A DNA stretch of 64,000 bases from Candidatus Latescibacterota bacterium (GTDB lineage Bacteria; Latescibacterota; UBA2968; UBA8231), in NCBI GenBank assembly GCA_965219385.1, contig CBDCNM010000001.1, positions 1,166,631-1,230,630 on the forward strand, written 5' to 3'. The number at the start of each line of letters is the position of its first letter. Within the stretch, counting starts at the first letter, position 1. The position numbers were made by a program, and so were the translations under genes. Shown piece after piece: positions 51,717 through 61,100 of the stretch. The notes under the pieces are model-generated. The model saw only the letters and a list, made by a program, of their open reading frames with translations, did not search any database and was not told where the DNA came from.

Positions 51717-52498
51717 GAGGCAGCCGGATCCTCTCCCGGGTTATCGGCCCCGACGAGAAAGGGCCGCAGGGCCCGGATCCGCTTTACGTCCTCGGCCACC
51801 TCCGCGGCTGAAACATCCAGAAAGCGCTCGCCCTTCGCGGCCGTGGCCGTGGTCGGATCCCCCACGCCCCCGTGCCGGGTGCGCTGGTCGAAGCGGTAGT
51901 ACGAGGCGGCGCCGGGGACCCGCATGCCCTCGCGCTCGCCATCGGGATCCAGCCGCTCCATGCGCACCAGTTCCGGCCGCAGGGCCAGGATTATCGAGGT
52001 CTCGGTCTCGCCGGCATGGCCCGACCCACCACTGCCCCGGTCGCGGATCTTTTCCAGCTTGTCGGTGCTGCCCCAGGCCCAGCGGGTGTAAAACTCGGCC
52101 TCCTGGTTCTGGTAGCGCTCCATGAGGCGCTGCAGCAGCACCTGGATACCCGCTCCATTGCCGCCGTGGCTGTTCTGGATCAGGATCTTCCTGAAACCGT
52201 GGCCCACCATGGAGGCCACGATATCCATCATCAAGCGCAAATGGGTATCGGAAACCGCGCTCACTGTTCCGGGATAACGGATGTGGTGCTGGGAATACCC
52301 GAGCCACTGCACCGGCAGTACCAGGACATCGTCCGGCACCCGCTCGTGGACCCGGCGGGCGACCTCGCCGCCGATCATGCTGTCGGTAAACACCGGCAAA
52401 TGGAGGCTGTGCTGCTCGCAGGAGGCCACGGGGATCAATACCACGATGTCGCGCGGCAGGGCGTCGATTTCGGGGGAGGTCATCTCGGCTAAGATCAT
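51713..52498 (-). CDS. Creatininase family amidohydrolase
   Basis: EQHS.HLP..TD, S.HH..YPGT, NSHGGN and HAGETETS; AGGAG RBS before ATG 52498. Confidence 0.92.
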   Translation of the reverse strand: MILAEMTSPEIDALPRDIVVLIPVASCEQHSLHLPVFTDSMIGGEVARRVHERVPDDVLVLPVQWLGYSQHHIRYPGTVSAVSDTHLRLMMDIVASMVGHGFRKILIQNSHGGNGAGIQVLLQRLMERYQNQEAEFYTRWAWGSTDKLEKIRDRGSGGSGHAGETETSIILALRPELVRMERLDPDGEREGMRVPGAASYYRFDQRTRHGGVGDPTTATAAKGERFLDVSAAEVAEDVKRIRALRPFLVGADNPGEDPAAS

Positions 52499-52587
52499 CT
52501 TGTGCTCCTTCTCTTGGTTGAATGCCGCGCGGCGGTCTCCGGATCCAGCTCGGGGCACAGCCCCTCGTCGGCCGCGGCGGACATGCT

Positions 52588-53601
52588 TCAGACAAAGGCT
52601 GGTTTCACCGGCACCGACTGCCGGGCGGCCGAAGTATTGGCCGCCTCCAGCACCCCGATCACGCGCGCCGCCGACTCGGGCGTGATCACCAGATCGGCTC
52701 TGCCCAGCAGGTGATCGTAGACATTCTGGTAGTACATATATCCCGTGGACTCCAGATAGTCCACTTCCGTACTCATGCGGCGCCCCTTTATCATGCTTTC
52801 GACCCGGAACTTGCCGCCGCTATCCTCAATGGCGCCCTGCTCCCCCAGAATCCGCCAGCGCGGACGGCCGCTCATCGACAGATTGGACATGGTCAGGGTC
52901 GCCGTGCAGCCGCCCTTGAAGCGCAGGGTGTATTCGGAGTGGTCTTCGTTGGTATAGCCCTTCCAGGTTTTGTTTTTGACCTGATAGCCGCTGACCCAAT
53001 CCACCGGCTCGGGCACCAGGTTGAGAATCCAGTCGGTGAAATGGGCGCCCCAATCGTAGATGGACCCGCCCGAGATCTTCTTATCCGCTCGCCACCAGTC
53101 GGGCTGGGGGCCGTACCCGTAAAAGCCGGTTTCGATGCGAAAGACCCGGCCGATCAGCTTTTCCTCGTTGATCAGATCCCGCAGCACCATGAAATCCCCG
53201 TCCCAGCGGCGGTTGTGAAAGGTGGAGAGGAAAAGCCTTTTCTTGCGGACCACCTGCAGCATCGCTTTGATTTCCTTGCTGGTGACGGCCATGGGTTTTT
53301 CGCAGATCACGCCGACCCCGGCATTGAGACACTGTAGCGCCAGCTTACCGTGAGTGTTGTGGGGCGTGACCACCGCCACCAGGTCCAGATCGGCGCATCT
53401 GAGCATGTCGCTCGCCCGGCTGTACGCGCGGATTCCGGGCCAGTCCTCAACCGCGGTCTGGCGCCGGGCGGCATCCACATCGCAAACCGCCACGGCCTCC
53501 ATGCCCTCCTTCTCGCTCATCTCACCAAGGTGGTGACGGCCCATGTTGAAGGCCCCGCCATACCCGATCACCCCACAACGAAAGTTTTTCTTTTTTTTCA
53601 T
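52588..53601 (-). CDS. Gfo/Idh/MocA family oxidoreductase
   Basis: GVIGYG, CEKP, HNRRWD and GG.IYDWGAH motifs. Confidence 0.92.
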   Translation of the reverse strand: MKKKKNFRCGVIGYGGAFNMGRHHLGEMSEKEGMEAVAVCDVDAARRQTAVEDWPGIRAYSRASDMLRCADLDLVAVVTPHNTHGKLALQCLNAGVGVICEKPMAVTSKEIKAMLQVVRKKRLFLSTFHNRRWDGDFMVLRDLINEEKLIGRVFRIETGFYGYGPQPDWWRADKKISGGSIYDWGAHFTDWILNLVPEPVDWVSGYQVKNKTWKGYTNEDHSEYTLRFKGGCTATLTMSNLSMSGRPRWRILGEQGAIEDSGGKFRVESMIKGRRMSTEVDYLESTGYMYYQNVYDHLLGRADLVITPESAARVIGVLEAANTSAARQSVPVKPAFV

Positions 53602-53695
53602 GTATCCTTTCCCTTGTTTGTAGCCGATCCCCGGAGACCTGGATCTGCAAAGGACCAGGTCCCAGCCCTTCCGGCCGTTTCTCGCCCATGGTCGG

Positions 53696-54505
53696 TTACT
53701 GGGCCTTCTGTTTTCCCATGGCACCCTTGATGAGGGATTCGGCCCACTGTGGTCGAAGCAGATTTAGCAACAGCAGCAGTTTGAGCTTCCAGGGAATGAT
53801 CAGTTCGGATTCGCGCCGGTGCATGGCTTGCACAATGGCCCGACCGGCCTCCTCGACCGAGACCGATTCCTCGCTGTGTTTTCTGGAAGAAGCCCTGAGT
53901 GCCTCCCCGCCTTTGCCCAGGGCGTTTTTCCGCAGATCGGTACCGCGCAGCCAGTGCGGCAGCACGGTGAGCACATCGACCCCGCTGCCCTCCAGCTCCA
54001 TCCTGAGGGTCTCGCAAAAGCCCTGCAAGGCGTGCTTGGAGGCGACATAGCCGGTGTGCTGCGGCACCCCGATCTTGCTCTGAATCGAGGTGATGGCCGC
54101 AATCATGCCCTTGTTCTGCTTCAGGTAGGGCAGGGCATAATACACACAGTACAGAGCCCCCAGGTAGTTGATCTCGATCAGCCGGCGGAATACATTCAGG
54201 TCTTCCACCTCGTCGAATCTCGCCCACATGCTGATGCCGGCATTGGCAATCAGGTAATCCACCCCCCCAAAGCGGCCGACGGTCTCGTCGATCAGTCTTT
54301 TGCAGTCCTCGGGCCGGGTGACATCCCCGATCACCGCTAGGGCCTGCGCCCCGATCGCCTCGCACAGCCCCGCAACCTCTTCCTGTTGCTCTTTTTCCGG
54401 GGAAAACAGCGCCAGTCGGGCTTCGGCTCTGGCGAATTCCAGGGCCAGCGCCGCGCCCAACCCCGACGAGGCCCCGGTTATGATTACGGATTTTTCTCGA
54501 AACAT
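53696..54505 (-). CDS. Classical SDR oxidoreductase (DHRS7/7B-like)
   Basis: TGASSGLG, NAG, YVASKHALQGF.ETLR.EL. Confidence 0.9.
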   Translation of the reverse strand: MFREKSVIITGASSGLGAALALEFARAEARLALFSPEKEQQEEVAGLCEAIGAQALAVIGDVTRPEDCKRLIDETVGRFGGVDYLIANAGISMWARFDEVEDLNVFRRLIEINYLGALYCVYYALPYLKQNKGMIAAITSIQSKIGVPQHTGYVASKHALQGFCETLRMELEGSGVDVLTVLPHWLRGTDLRKNALGKGGEALRASSRKHSEESVSVEEAGRAIVQAMHRRESELIIPWKLKLLLLLNLLRPQWAESLIKGAMGKQKAQ

Positions 54506-54552
54506 GCTTTTAGCCGCCGCCTGAAAGTGAAACCTTTTGCCGCACCGCTACC

Positions 54553-56397
54553 TCAGGAGCGCGCGGCAAAGACCCCGTTGCCGATTCCGAAGGTATTGTT
54601 GGGATCCATGGCCTTTTTGACCTGCTGGAGAACCTGGATGCTGTTGTGGGTCTGGATTTGAGCGAGGAAACCCTTTCTGACCTTGCCCACCCCGTGGTGG
54701 TGGGAAAGCGAGCCGCCGTGATCGAGAATCACCTGCCTGAGGTGGTGCTCGATTTCATAGTAGACTTCGTGCGGTTTTTCCAGCCCCCGGGCGGAAAAGC
54801 CCATGGTGAAGTAGATGCAGACGCCGGTGGGATAGGTCTGGGTTACTCGGTAGGCCAGATAGGGCCGTCCACTCACCTGGCGCGCCTGGCACTGTGCTGC
54901 CAGCTCCCGCTGGACCGCCTGGCAAACCGGGTGAATCCGATCCCAGGGCACCGAGGTTTCAAAAGTCTCGCCGAGGACGTGAAACTGGTTGAAGAAATCT
55001 CTGATATAAGCAATGGCAAAGGTAAGCATATAACCCCGCTTGCCGTTGCGCGCCCCGCCGCTGATTCCCCCATGCTTTTTGACGAGTTTGAAGATCACCG
55101 CCTTTTGATGGTTAACCTCGCTCCGGGAACCTTCCATGAGGATGGTGCAGGCCGCTATCTCGAGCGGCTTGAAGCCGAGGATTTTCAGCAGCATGAACTT
55201 TTGGAAAAACCCCATTATCCCCTGCCACAAACCGGGCGCGGGCTTGAGGGCCTGGCCGAATCTGAACTCGGTGTTGTCCACCAGGCGAATGCTGGCCGGC
55301 AGGACGCCTTCCCCGCGCAATTCCTTCAAAAAACGAACCCCGTTTTCAAAAGACGGGAAAACCAGAGAGCCATAGCGCCGCACCTGGGGCCGGGGATGGA
55401 TCTTGATGATGGCCTTGGTGATGATGCCGAAATTGCCCTCGCTGCCAAAGAGAAAGACCCGGGGCTGAATCCCCACCGAGTTCCGCGGGGTGGCGCTATG
55501 GGTTTCGATATCCCCGGTGGGCGTGACCAGGGTAGCTTCGAGCACGATGTCCTCGATATTTCCGTACCTGTTCTTCTTCATGCCGCTGGCGTTGGTCGCG
55601 ATCCACCCCCCCAGGGTCGACAGCTCGACGCTGTCCGGGTCGTGGCCGGAGGTGTACCCCCTTGAATCCAGTTCCCTTTCCAGGTGCTTGCCGGAGATCC
55701 CGGCCTGGACACAGGCCTGGAGGTTGTCCTCGTCCAGCCAGAGAATCTGGTCCATCCGGCGCATATCGACGGATGCGATCATGCGCTGCTCGGCGGGCGG
55801 ACAGGCCAAGGCGCCGCTCACATTGGTCCCTCCTCCGTAGGGCACCAGGCACACATCGTGCTCGTCGGCCAGCCGCACCACGACCTGCACATCCTCCTCG
55901 CTTTGCGGATAGAGGGCCAGGTCCACCGTGCGCGGCAGCGAGCCGTGGTAGAGGACTCTATAAACCTCGTCGACGCTTAGTTGCCCGTGGCTGTGAATCA
56001 ACCTATCGCGGTCGTCGAACGAGATCTGATCCGCTGCAAACCTTTGCTTTGCAGCCTCGGTGAAGCCCTGGTTTATCCTGGCTTGGGGCACCACCTGATC
56101 CTCTTTCTCCGTCTCCATATCCCGCGGGCGAAACGACTGCCCCAGGACCTCTTCCGCAAAGGGGATGAAACCGGGGAGACTGTACCCTGCAAGCGGGTAG
56201 CGGCTGCCGGTAACCCGCACACTCCGCGGGCCATCGAACTCGAACCGGGTGTCGGTATAACCCCACTTGTGCGGGTATCTCTCGCCCTCGGAGGAATCGT
56301 AGCAGGCATCCAGTTCTTCGGCGCCATCCTGCCGTTTCACGATGATCAGGATCAGACCGACCACAACCACGGCCAGAGCGAGAAGGGCTTCAAGCAT
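54553..56397 (-). CDS. Alkyl-dihydroxyacetonephosphate synthase (AGPS-type FAD enzyme) with N-terminal membrane anchor
   Basis: PYGGGTNV, GHDPDSVELSTLGGW, ASGMKKNRYGNIED, GSEG.FG, IAYIRD, FETS.PWD, RVTQTY and HHHGVG; AGGAG RBS before ATG 56397. Confidence 0.9.
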   Translation of the reverse strand: MLEALLALAVVVVGLILIIVKRQDGAEELDACYDSSEGERYPHKWGYTDTRFEFDGPRSVRVTGSRYPLAGYSLPGFIPFAEEVLGQSFRPRDMETEKEDQVVPQARINQGFTEAAKQRFAADQISFDDRDRLIHSHGQLSVDEVYRVLYHGSLPRTVDLALYPQSEEDVQVVVRLADEHDVCLVPYGGGTNVSGALACPPAEQRMIASVDMRRMDQILWLDEDNLQACVQAGISGKHLERELDSRGYTSGHDPDSVELSTLGGWIATNASGMKKNRYGNIEDIVLEATLVTPTGDIETHSATPRNSVGIQPRVFLFGSEGNFGIITKAIIKIHPRPQVRRYGSLVFPSFENGVRFLKELRGEGVLPASIRLVDNTEFRFGQALKPAPGLWQGIMGFFQKFMLLKILGFKPLEIAACTILMEGSRSEVNHQKAVIFKLVKKHGGISGGARNGKRGYMLTFAIAYIRDFFNQFHVLGETFETSVPWDRIHPVCQAVQRELAAQCQARQVSGRPYLAYRVTQTYPTGVCIYFTMGFSARGLEKPHEVYYEIEHHLRQVILDHGGSLSHHHGVGKVRKGFLAQIQTHNSIQVLQQVKKAMDPNNTFGIGNGVFAARS

Positions 56398-56525
56398 ATC
56401 CAGGTCTCCTGGTATCGGGAATATCGGCCCCTGTACGGGCGCAAACCACACCTTTGAAAAATGCTCAGGAGCCAGGTTTATGGCAAGGGCAAGTCAGGTC
56501 CACTCGCCCGCGCTCCACCCTGTTT

Positions 56526-57680
56526 TCACCCCCCGACGATTCCGCCCACGTCCACCACGTAGATCTGCCGCGTGCCTTGGTGCACCGAATCGAAGCAGAT
56601 CTGCCGGCCGTCCCGGCTCCAGCGCGGGTGCAGATCGCAGCGGATCTCGCCCGCGATTTCCGGCAGCGCGTAGAAGCGACCCAGGTCGAAGCGGCGCGCA
56701 TCCGCCAGCCGGTAGAGAATCAAGCTGCGCTGACTCTCCTCATCCGGGTAGGTATCGGTCAGCAGCCAGCGGCCGCCCGGACTGTACGAACAGTGGCCGT
56801 CCTTGGTGAGTACCCCCTTGCCGACTACCTCGACCTGGTCGCTCTGGTCGGTGAACAAAAAGTAAAAATCGCCGATCCCGCGCTGCCGCGCCCAGGCCAG
56901 AATCTGTTTCTTGTTGCGCCAATCAAAGTGCGACACCAGTTCGTGGTCGGCCACGCAGTGGATCTCCGTCCCGTCCGGATTTGCCGTGAACAGCCGGGTA
57001 TTGCGCCTGCCCTTTGCGTCTACCCAGCGGTGCAGGAAGAGGAAACGGCTGCCGTCCGGATTGAACTGCAGGTGGTTGAACCAGTGTTTGGCCCCCTCCA
57101 TGCTCTGGACGGGGCGGATGCCCACGATCTGGTCCAGGGAGATGATCAGGTGGTTGTTCCCGCTCTCCAGATCCATCCAGTAAATCCCATCATCGGCCGG
57201 TTGCAACTCGTGCTCCCACGGATCCTCCAGCCCCGCGTACCCGTACCCTGGACGGGTCTGGTGAATCCGGGCGAAGTTGACACTCACCGCCTGCCTTCCA
57301 TCGCGGCTCGCCGCGTACACCGGCCGGGGCAACACCCGCTTTACCCCGCTGTGCACATCCTGTGCCACCGCGGCGAAGCCGTCCTCTTCGCGGATGTTGT
57401 AAAGGATCAGGCGCTCGGGATCCGACCCCAGCCACTGCAGCATGCTGCCCTGCTGCCAGTTCCAGGCCGACGTCGCGGCCACGGCCTGCCACGCAGACCC
57501 GGCTTCCAGATTGATCAGGCCGATGAGGGCCCGGTCAGCAGGCCCAGGAGGCCGCTCCATGAACCCGGCTTCCAGCCCCAGCAGTAAACGGCCGCTCCGG
57601 TTCCAGGGGCATTTGTCGTAGTACCCGAAGAAATGGTGCCGCGGTCCCCGGGTTACAGCCCGGACAGCGAGCCGGCCCAT
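56526..57680 (-). CDS. TolB-like beta-propeller protein
   Basis: HHFFGYYD..PW, WNWQQG, FNPDGSR, GHCSYSP and DLHPRWSRDG repeats. Confidence 0.75.
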   Translation of the reverse strand: MGRLAVRAVTRGPRHHFFGYYDKCPWNRSGRLLLGLEAGFMERPPGPADRALIGLINLEAGSAWQAVAATSAWNWQQGSMLQWLGSDPERLILYNIREEDGFAAVAQDVHSGVKRVLPRPVYAASRDGRQAVSVNFARIHQTRPGYGYAGLEDPWEHELQPADDGIYWMDLESGNNHLIISLDQIVGIRPVQSMEGAKHWFNHLQFNPDGSRFLFLHRWVDAKGRRNTRLFTANPDGTEIHCVADHELVSHFDWRNKKQILAWARQRGIGDFYFLFTDQSDQVEVVGKGVLTKDGHCSYSPGGRWLLTDTYPDEESQRSLILYRLADARRFDLGRFYALPEIAGEIRCDLHPRWSRDGRQICFDSVHQGTRQIYVVDVGGIVGG

Positions 57681-58316
57681 TCAAACCCGGTCCCGCCGGG
57701 GCCGGGCCGGACCGTGGGTGTGGTCCCACAGATGCCCCCGCCGTTTCTCTCCCTCCATGGTGGTCTCGAAATACACCGCCCTTACCGGCTCGTACACCCG
57801 GGGAAAGTCATGGTGGAAGCCCCTGCCCGTGGCCACGCAATCCCCCGGTCCCACCGGGTAGTGTTTGCCCTCCGAAACCGCCACCCCCGCCCCCTCGAAC
57901 AGGATCCAGTACTCGTCGAAGTCATGGTAGTGGCAGTCAATGCTGGTTTCCTTGGCGTAGTCCACGGCATCGCCCTGGTCCCGGGGTTGGGGGCTTTTTT
58001 CCACCCCGAAGAGCCCAGACCCACCCAGTTCCTCGCCCCAGTGGCCGCACATGCGGATCAGGGTGGTATCCTCCTCGACTTCGAGCACTTCGAAGCAGGC
58101 GTCCCCCGCCGGCAAATCCAGATTGGTCCTCACCTCGGCGTGGACTTGCTCACCCCCGCAGGCAATGAGGCAGCGCCCCTTGCCCACGATCAACTTTTCC
58201 CTGGCACTCTGGCGCTCAAAGCAATGGGTGCCCCCGACCGGCACCTCCGCAATATCAAAGCTCTCCATTTCGCACCAGGCCGGGGCCTGGCCCTTTCCAC
58301 TCTTGAAAACAGGCAT
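57681..58316 (-). CDS. Cupin domain protein
   Basis: HYHDFDEYW and GDCV.TGRG.HH motifs. Confidence 0.8.
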   Translation of the reverse strand: MPVFKSGKGQAPAWCEMESFDIAEVPVGGTHCFERQSAREKLIVGKGRCLIACGGEQVHAEVRTNLDLPAGDACFEVLEVEEDTTLIRMCGHWGEELGGSGLFGVEKSPQPRDQGDAVDYAKETSIDCHYHDFDEYWILFEGAGVAVSEGKHYPVGPGDCVATGRGFHHDFPRVYEPVRAVYFETTMEGEKRRGHLWDHTHGPARPRRDRV

Positions 58317-58357
58317 GGGTTATGTCTCCTTTAAGTAAGAAGCCGTCAACGATGAAC

Positions 58358-60127
58358 TCACTCTTTGAACTCAACTTCGACCACCTGATCATCCAGTTCT
58401 TTCTGCAACGCCTCCAACTCGCTCACCACCCGGGGAACCACCTCTTCGAGGGGCACGTCAACCCGCTCCTCGGCGCGCCGCAACTTCATTTCCACCTGCC
58501 CCTTCTCAAGCGAGCGCTCACCCACCGTCAGGCGCAGGGGCACCCCGATCAGATCCGCGTCGTTGAACTTCACCCCCGGATTTTCCGGCCTGTCGTCCAG
58601 CAGCACTTCGACCCCGGCGGTCCCCAGTTCCCGGTACAAGCTTTCGGCGGCTTCGGCCGCTGGTCCTTCTCCCTTGGCCAGGGCCACCAGGTGCACCTGG
58701 CAGGGGGCCACCGACACCGGCCAGATCAGGCCCTGGTCGTCGTTGTGCTCCTCGGCGATACAGGCCAGGAGGCGGCCCACGCCGATCCCGTACGACCCCA
58801 TGATTACGGGCTTGACCTGTCCCTCGGCATCCAGGAAGGTGCCGCCCATGGACTCGGTGTAGCGGGTGCCCAGCTGGAAGATATTGCCGACCTCGACCCC
58901 GCGCCAGGCGCGCAGCCGGGTCGCACACTCGGGACAGGTGTCTCCCTCCTGGGCCGCGGCGATATCGCAGACCAGATCGGCCTGGTAGTCGCGCTCGTAG
59001 TTGACGTTTTTGATGTGGTAGCCCTCCTGGTTGGCACCGGCCACCAAGTTGGGAGAGGACGGGATCGAATCGTCCGCCACCACCAGGGCGTTTTTCACGC
59101 CCATGGCCGAGCCATATCCGGGCTCGGCGCCCACCGCCCGGATCTCTTCCTCGCGCGCCGGCCGCATCTCCCGGGCCTTTATGGCATTGGCCAGCTTGGT
59201 CTCGTTGACCTCCATATCGCCCCGAATCACCGCCAGCACGAACCTTTCGACCTCTTCCTCGCCCTCGGTGAGGGTGGCCACCATGAAGACCGCCTTGGCG
59301 GTTTTGCTCTGGGGTACCTCCAGCAACTGGGCCAGGGCCTCGATGGTGGGGGTATCCGGGGTGGCAATTTTCTCCATTTCGGCCGCTTCTTCCCGGGCGG
59401 CAACCCCCTTTTTGAAGAGGGCTATCTGACGATTGGCCGCGTACCCGCACTGCGGGCACATTACCAGGGTGTCCTCGCCGATCGGATTGAGGTACATGTA
59501 CTCGTGCGCCACCTGCCCGCCCATCATGCCCACGTCGGAGCGGACCGCCACGGTGGACAGGCCACAGCGGTTGAAGATGTTGAAATAGGCCTGATAGTGG
59601 GCCCGGTACTGGGCCTCCAGGCCCACCTGATCCGCGTCCAGGCTGTAGCTGTCCTTCATGGTAAACTCCCGCACCCGGATCAGCCCCGAACGGGGCCGCG
59701 GATCGTCGCGCCACTTGGTCTGGAGGTGGTAGATCAGCTGCGGCAACTGGCGATAGGAACGGATCTCCTTGCGAACCAGGTCGCCCACTACCTCTTCGTG
59801 GGTCATGGCCAGCACCATATCGCGGTCGGACTTGTCCTGAAAGCGCCCCATTTCGCTGCCCACCTGGTACCAGCGCCCGGTCTCCTTCCAGATGTCGGCC
59901 GGGTGCACCACCGGCATGGTGATCTCCTGGCCGCCGATGGCGTCCATCTCCTGGCGGATGATGTTCTCCACCTTGTTCAAGGAACGTCTGGCCAGGGGCA
60001 AATACGAGAAAATGCCGCTGGCCAACTGGCGGATGTACCCGGCCCGCAGCAACAGCTGGTGGCTCGCCACTTCGGCGTCGGCCGAGCTTTCGCGCCAGGT
60101 CCGGCTGAACAATTTGCTCATTCGCAT
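58358..60127 (-). CDS. proS: Proline--tRNA ligase (bacterial type with editing domain)
   Basis: SHQLLLRAG, THEE, RDDPRPR.GL.R.REF.MKDSYS, EVGNIFQLG, MGSYGIG and GVKFNDADLIG motifs. Confidence 0.97.
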   Translation of the reverse strand: MRMSKLFSRTWRESSADAEVASHQLLLRAGYIRQLASGIFSYLPLARRSLNKVENIIRQEMDAIGGQEITMPVVHPADIWKETGRWYQVGSEMGRFQDKSDRDMVLAMTHEEVVGDLVRKEIRSYRQLPQLIYHLQTKWRDDPRPRSGLIRVREFTMKDSYSLDADQVGLEAQYRAHYQAYFNIFNRCGLSTVAVRSDVGMMGGQVAHEYMYLNPIGEDTLVMCPQCGYAANRQIALFKKGVAAREEAAEMEKIATPDTPTIEALAQLLEVPQSKTAKAVFMVATLTEGEEEVERFVLAVIRGDMEVNETKLANAIKAREMRPAREEEIRAVGAEPGYGSAMGVKNALVVADDSIPSSPNLVAGANQEGYHIKNVNYERDYQADLVCDIAAAQEGDTCPECATRLRAWRGVEVGNIFQLGTRYTESMGGTFLDAEGQVKPVIMGSYGIGVGRLLACIAEEHNDDQGLIWPVSVAPCQVHLVALAKGEGPAAEAAESLYRELGTAGVEVLLDDRPENPGVKFNDADLIGVPLRLTVGERSLEKGQVEMKLRRAEERVDVPLEEVVPRVVSELEALQKELDDQVVEVEFKE

Positions 60128-60150
60128 CGGGTCATCTCTCCTGATTGTAC

Positions 60151-60183
60151 AGAAAAACCGCCGCGAGTCAGGCTCGACGGCGG
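60151..60183 (-). terminator. Intrinsic terminator in the proS leader (attenuator)
   Basis: Minus strand CCGCCG-T-CGAG-CCTGA-CTCG-CGGCGG-TTTTTCT, about 25 nt before the proS ATG. Confidence 0.8.
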
Positions 60184-60209
60184 GATAGTGGATCAGACTC
60201 CTAATAAAG

Positions 60210-60284
60210 CTACATCACCGTCGATACCTGTCGCACAGGGTGGCAAGGTCGCAAGACACTCGGGCATGCAGGGTAGTAGCTCAT
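60210..60284 (-). CDS. Putative proS leader peptide, 24 aa (MSYYPACPSVLRPCHPVRQVSTVM)
   Basis: Short ORF with 4 Pro codons; its 3' end is complementary to the 5' arm of the downstream terminator. Confidence 0.6.
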   Translation of the reverse strand: MSYYPACPSVLRPCHPVRQVSTVM

Positions 60285-60368
60285 GGCGTTTCACCCGCGA
60301 ACTTTGTTTAAAAAAACTTATTCAGTTGCGCACCCTAAGTCAAGGGCTTGGGGTCCCTTGCTGCCTTA

Positions 60369-61058
60369 TCACCTCTTCTTCCCGACCAGAGCCCGCATGG
60401 CCCGGTACATAATAGCGAGCGAAAACAGCACCCAGATCAAGGCGATCGGATAGGCCAGTTGCGGCACCCCCCAGTAGTGGGCCAGGATGCCCGCGTCGGT
60501 CAGTTCGGCGTGCAGCCACAAATCGGTATAGAAATCGTAGAGGCTATAAAGGCACAGCATCATCCCTATCCAGGTAGCCGCGGCCACAGCCGCGCGCTGC
60601 GATTTTATCGCCATTGCGACCAGGATCAGGCCGCTGAAAATCCCCAGGTAGAAATCCATCCCGCCCACGGGGGTGTAGCCCATGGTCATGCCCATGCACA
60701 CCGCCCCGACCAGCAGGAGCAGGAGTCGTTGCGCCTGGGGCAGGATGCCGGTGTAGATCAACAGGGTGCCCAGCAGGGCCGAGCCCACGTACCCAGCCGC
60801 GGTGATCAGGGGGAAAAAACCACCCTGGGCCAAGGTGTGACCGGACTCGTTGGGATTGGTTCGCATCTCCAGCACCTCCCCACCCGTGAGCAAGGCAGCG
60901 CCGGCGTGGCAGACCTCGTGCACCATGACCACGAACAAGCGGAAGGGCATGATCAGCGGGCTTTCCCACAGGGCCAGAGCCACGATCGCGCCCAGGAGAT
61001 GGTAGCGGAAGCACCAGAGAATCCGGAAGATATAGGCAATTCTCTCGAGGGATTGCAT
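60369..61058 (-). CDS. Peptidase M50B-like membrane protein
   Basis: HEVCH zinc motif, AGYVG and TDAGILA; multiple TM segments. Confidence 0.85.
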   Translation of the reverse strand: MQSLERIAYIFRILWCFRYHLLGAIVALALWESPLIMPFRLFVVMVHEVCHAGAALLTGGEVLEMRTNPNESGHTLAQGGFFPLITAAGYVGSALLGTLLIYTGILPQAQRLLLLLVGAVCMGMTMGYTPVGGMDFYLGIFSGLILVAMAIKSQRAAVAAATWIGMMLCLYSLYDFYTDLWLHAELTDAGILAHYWGVPQLAYPIALIWVLFSLAIMYRAMRALVGKKR

Positions 61059-61070
61059 CCCTTGAATATG

Positions 61071-61098
61071 AAAAAAAGCGTCCGGTCAGGCCAGACGT
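61071..61098 (-). terminator. Intrinsic terminator-like hairpin
   Basis: Minus strand ACGTCTGG-CCTGA-CCGGACGC-TTTTTTT. Confidence 0.6.
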
Positions 61099-61100
61099 TT

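Noticed and set aside
53591..53598. A8 tract after the Gfo/Idh/MocA start codon as a phase-variation switch
   Set aside because: Frame is intact and Lys-rich, A-rich starts are common.
60128..60345. T-box riboswitch for proS
   Set aside because: No UGGNACC T-box bulge motif seen; a leader-peptide model fits better.
13503..60412. Long opposite-strand ORFs (e.g. 13503-15761, 26344-29157, 29777-31834, 49512-51689, 58322-60412)
   Set aside because: Each overlaps a well-supported gene on the other strand and has no motifs; typical of high-GC codon bias.
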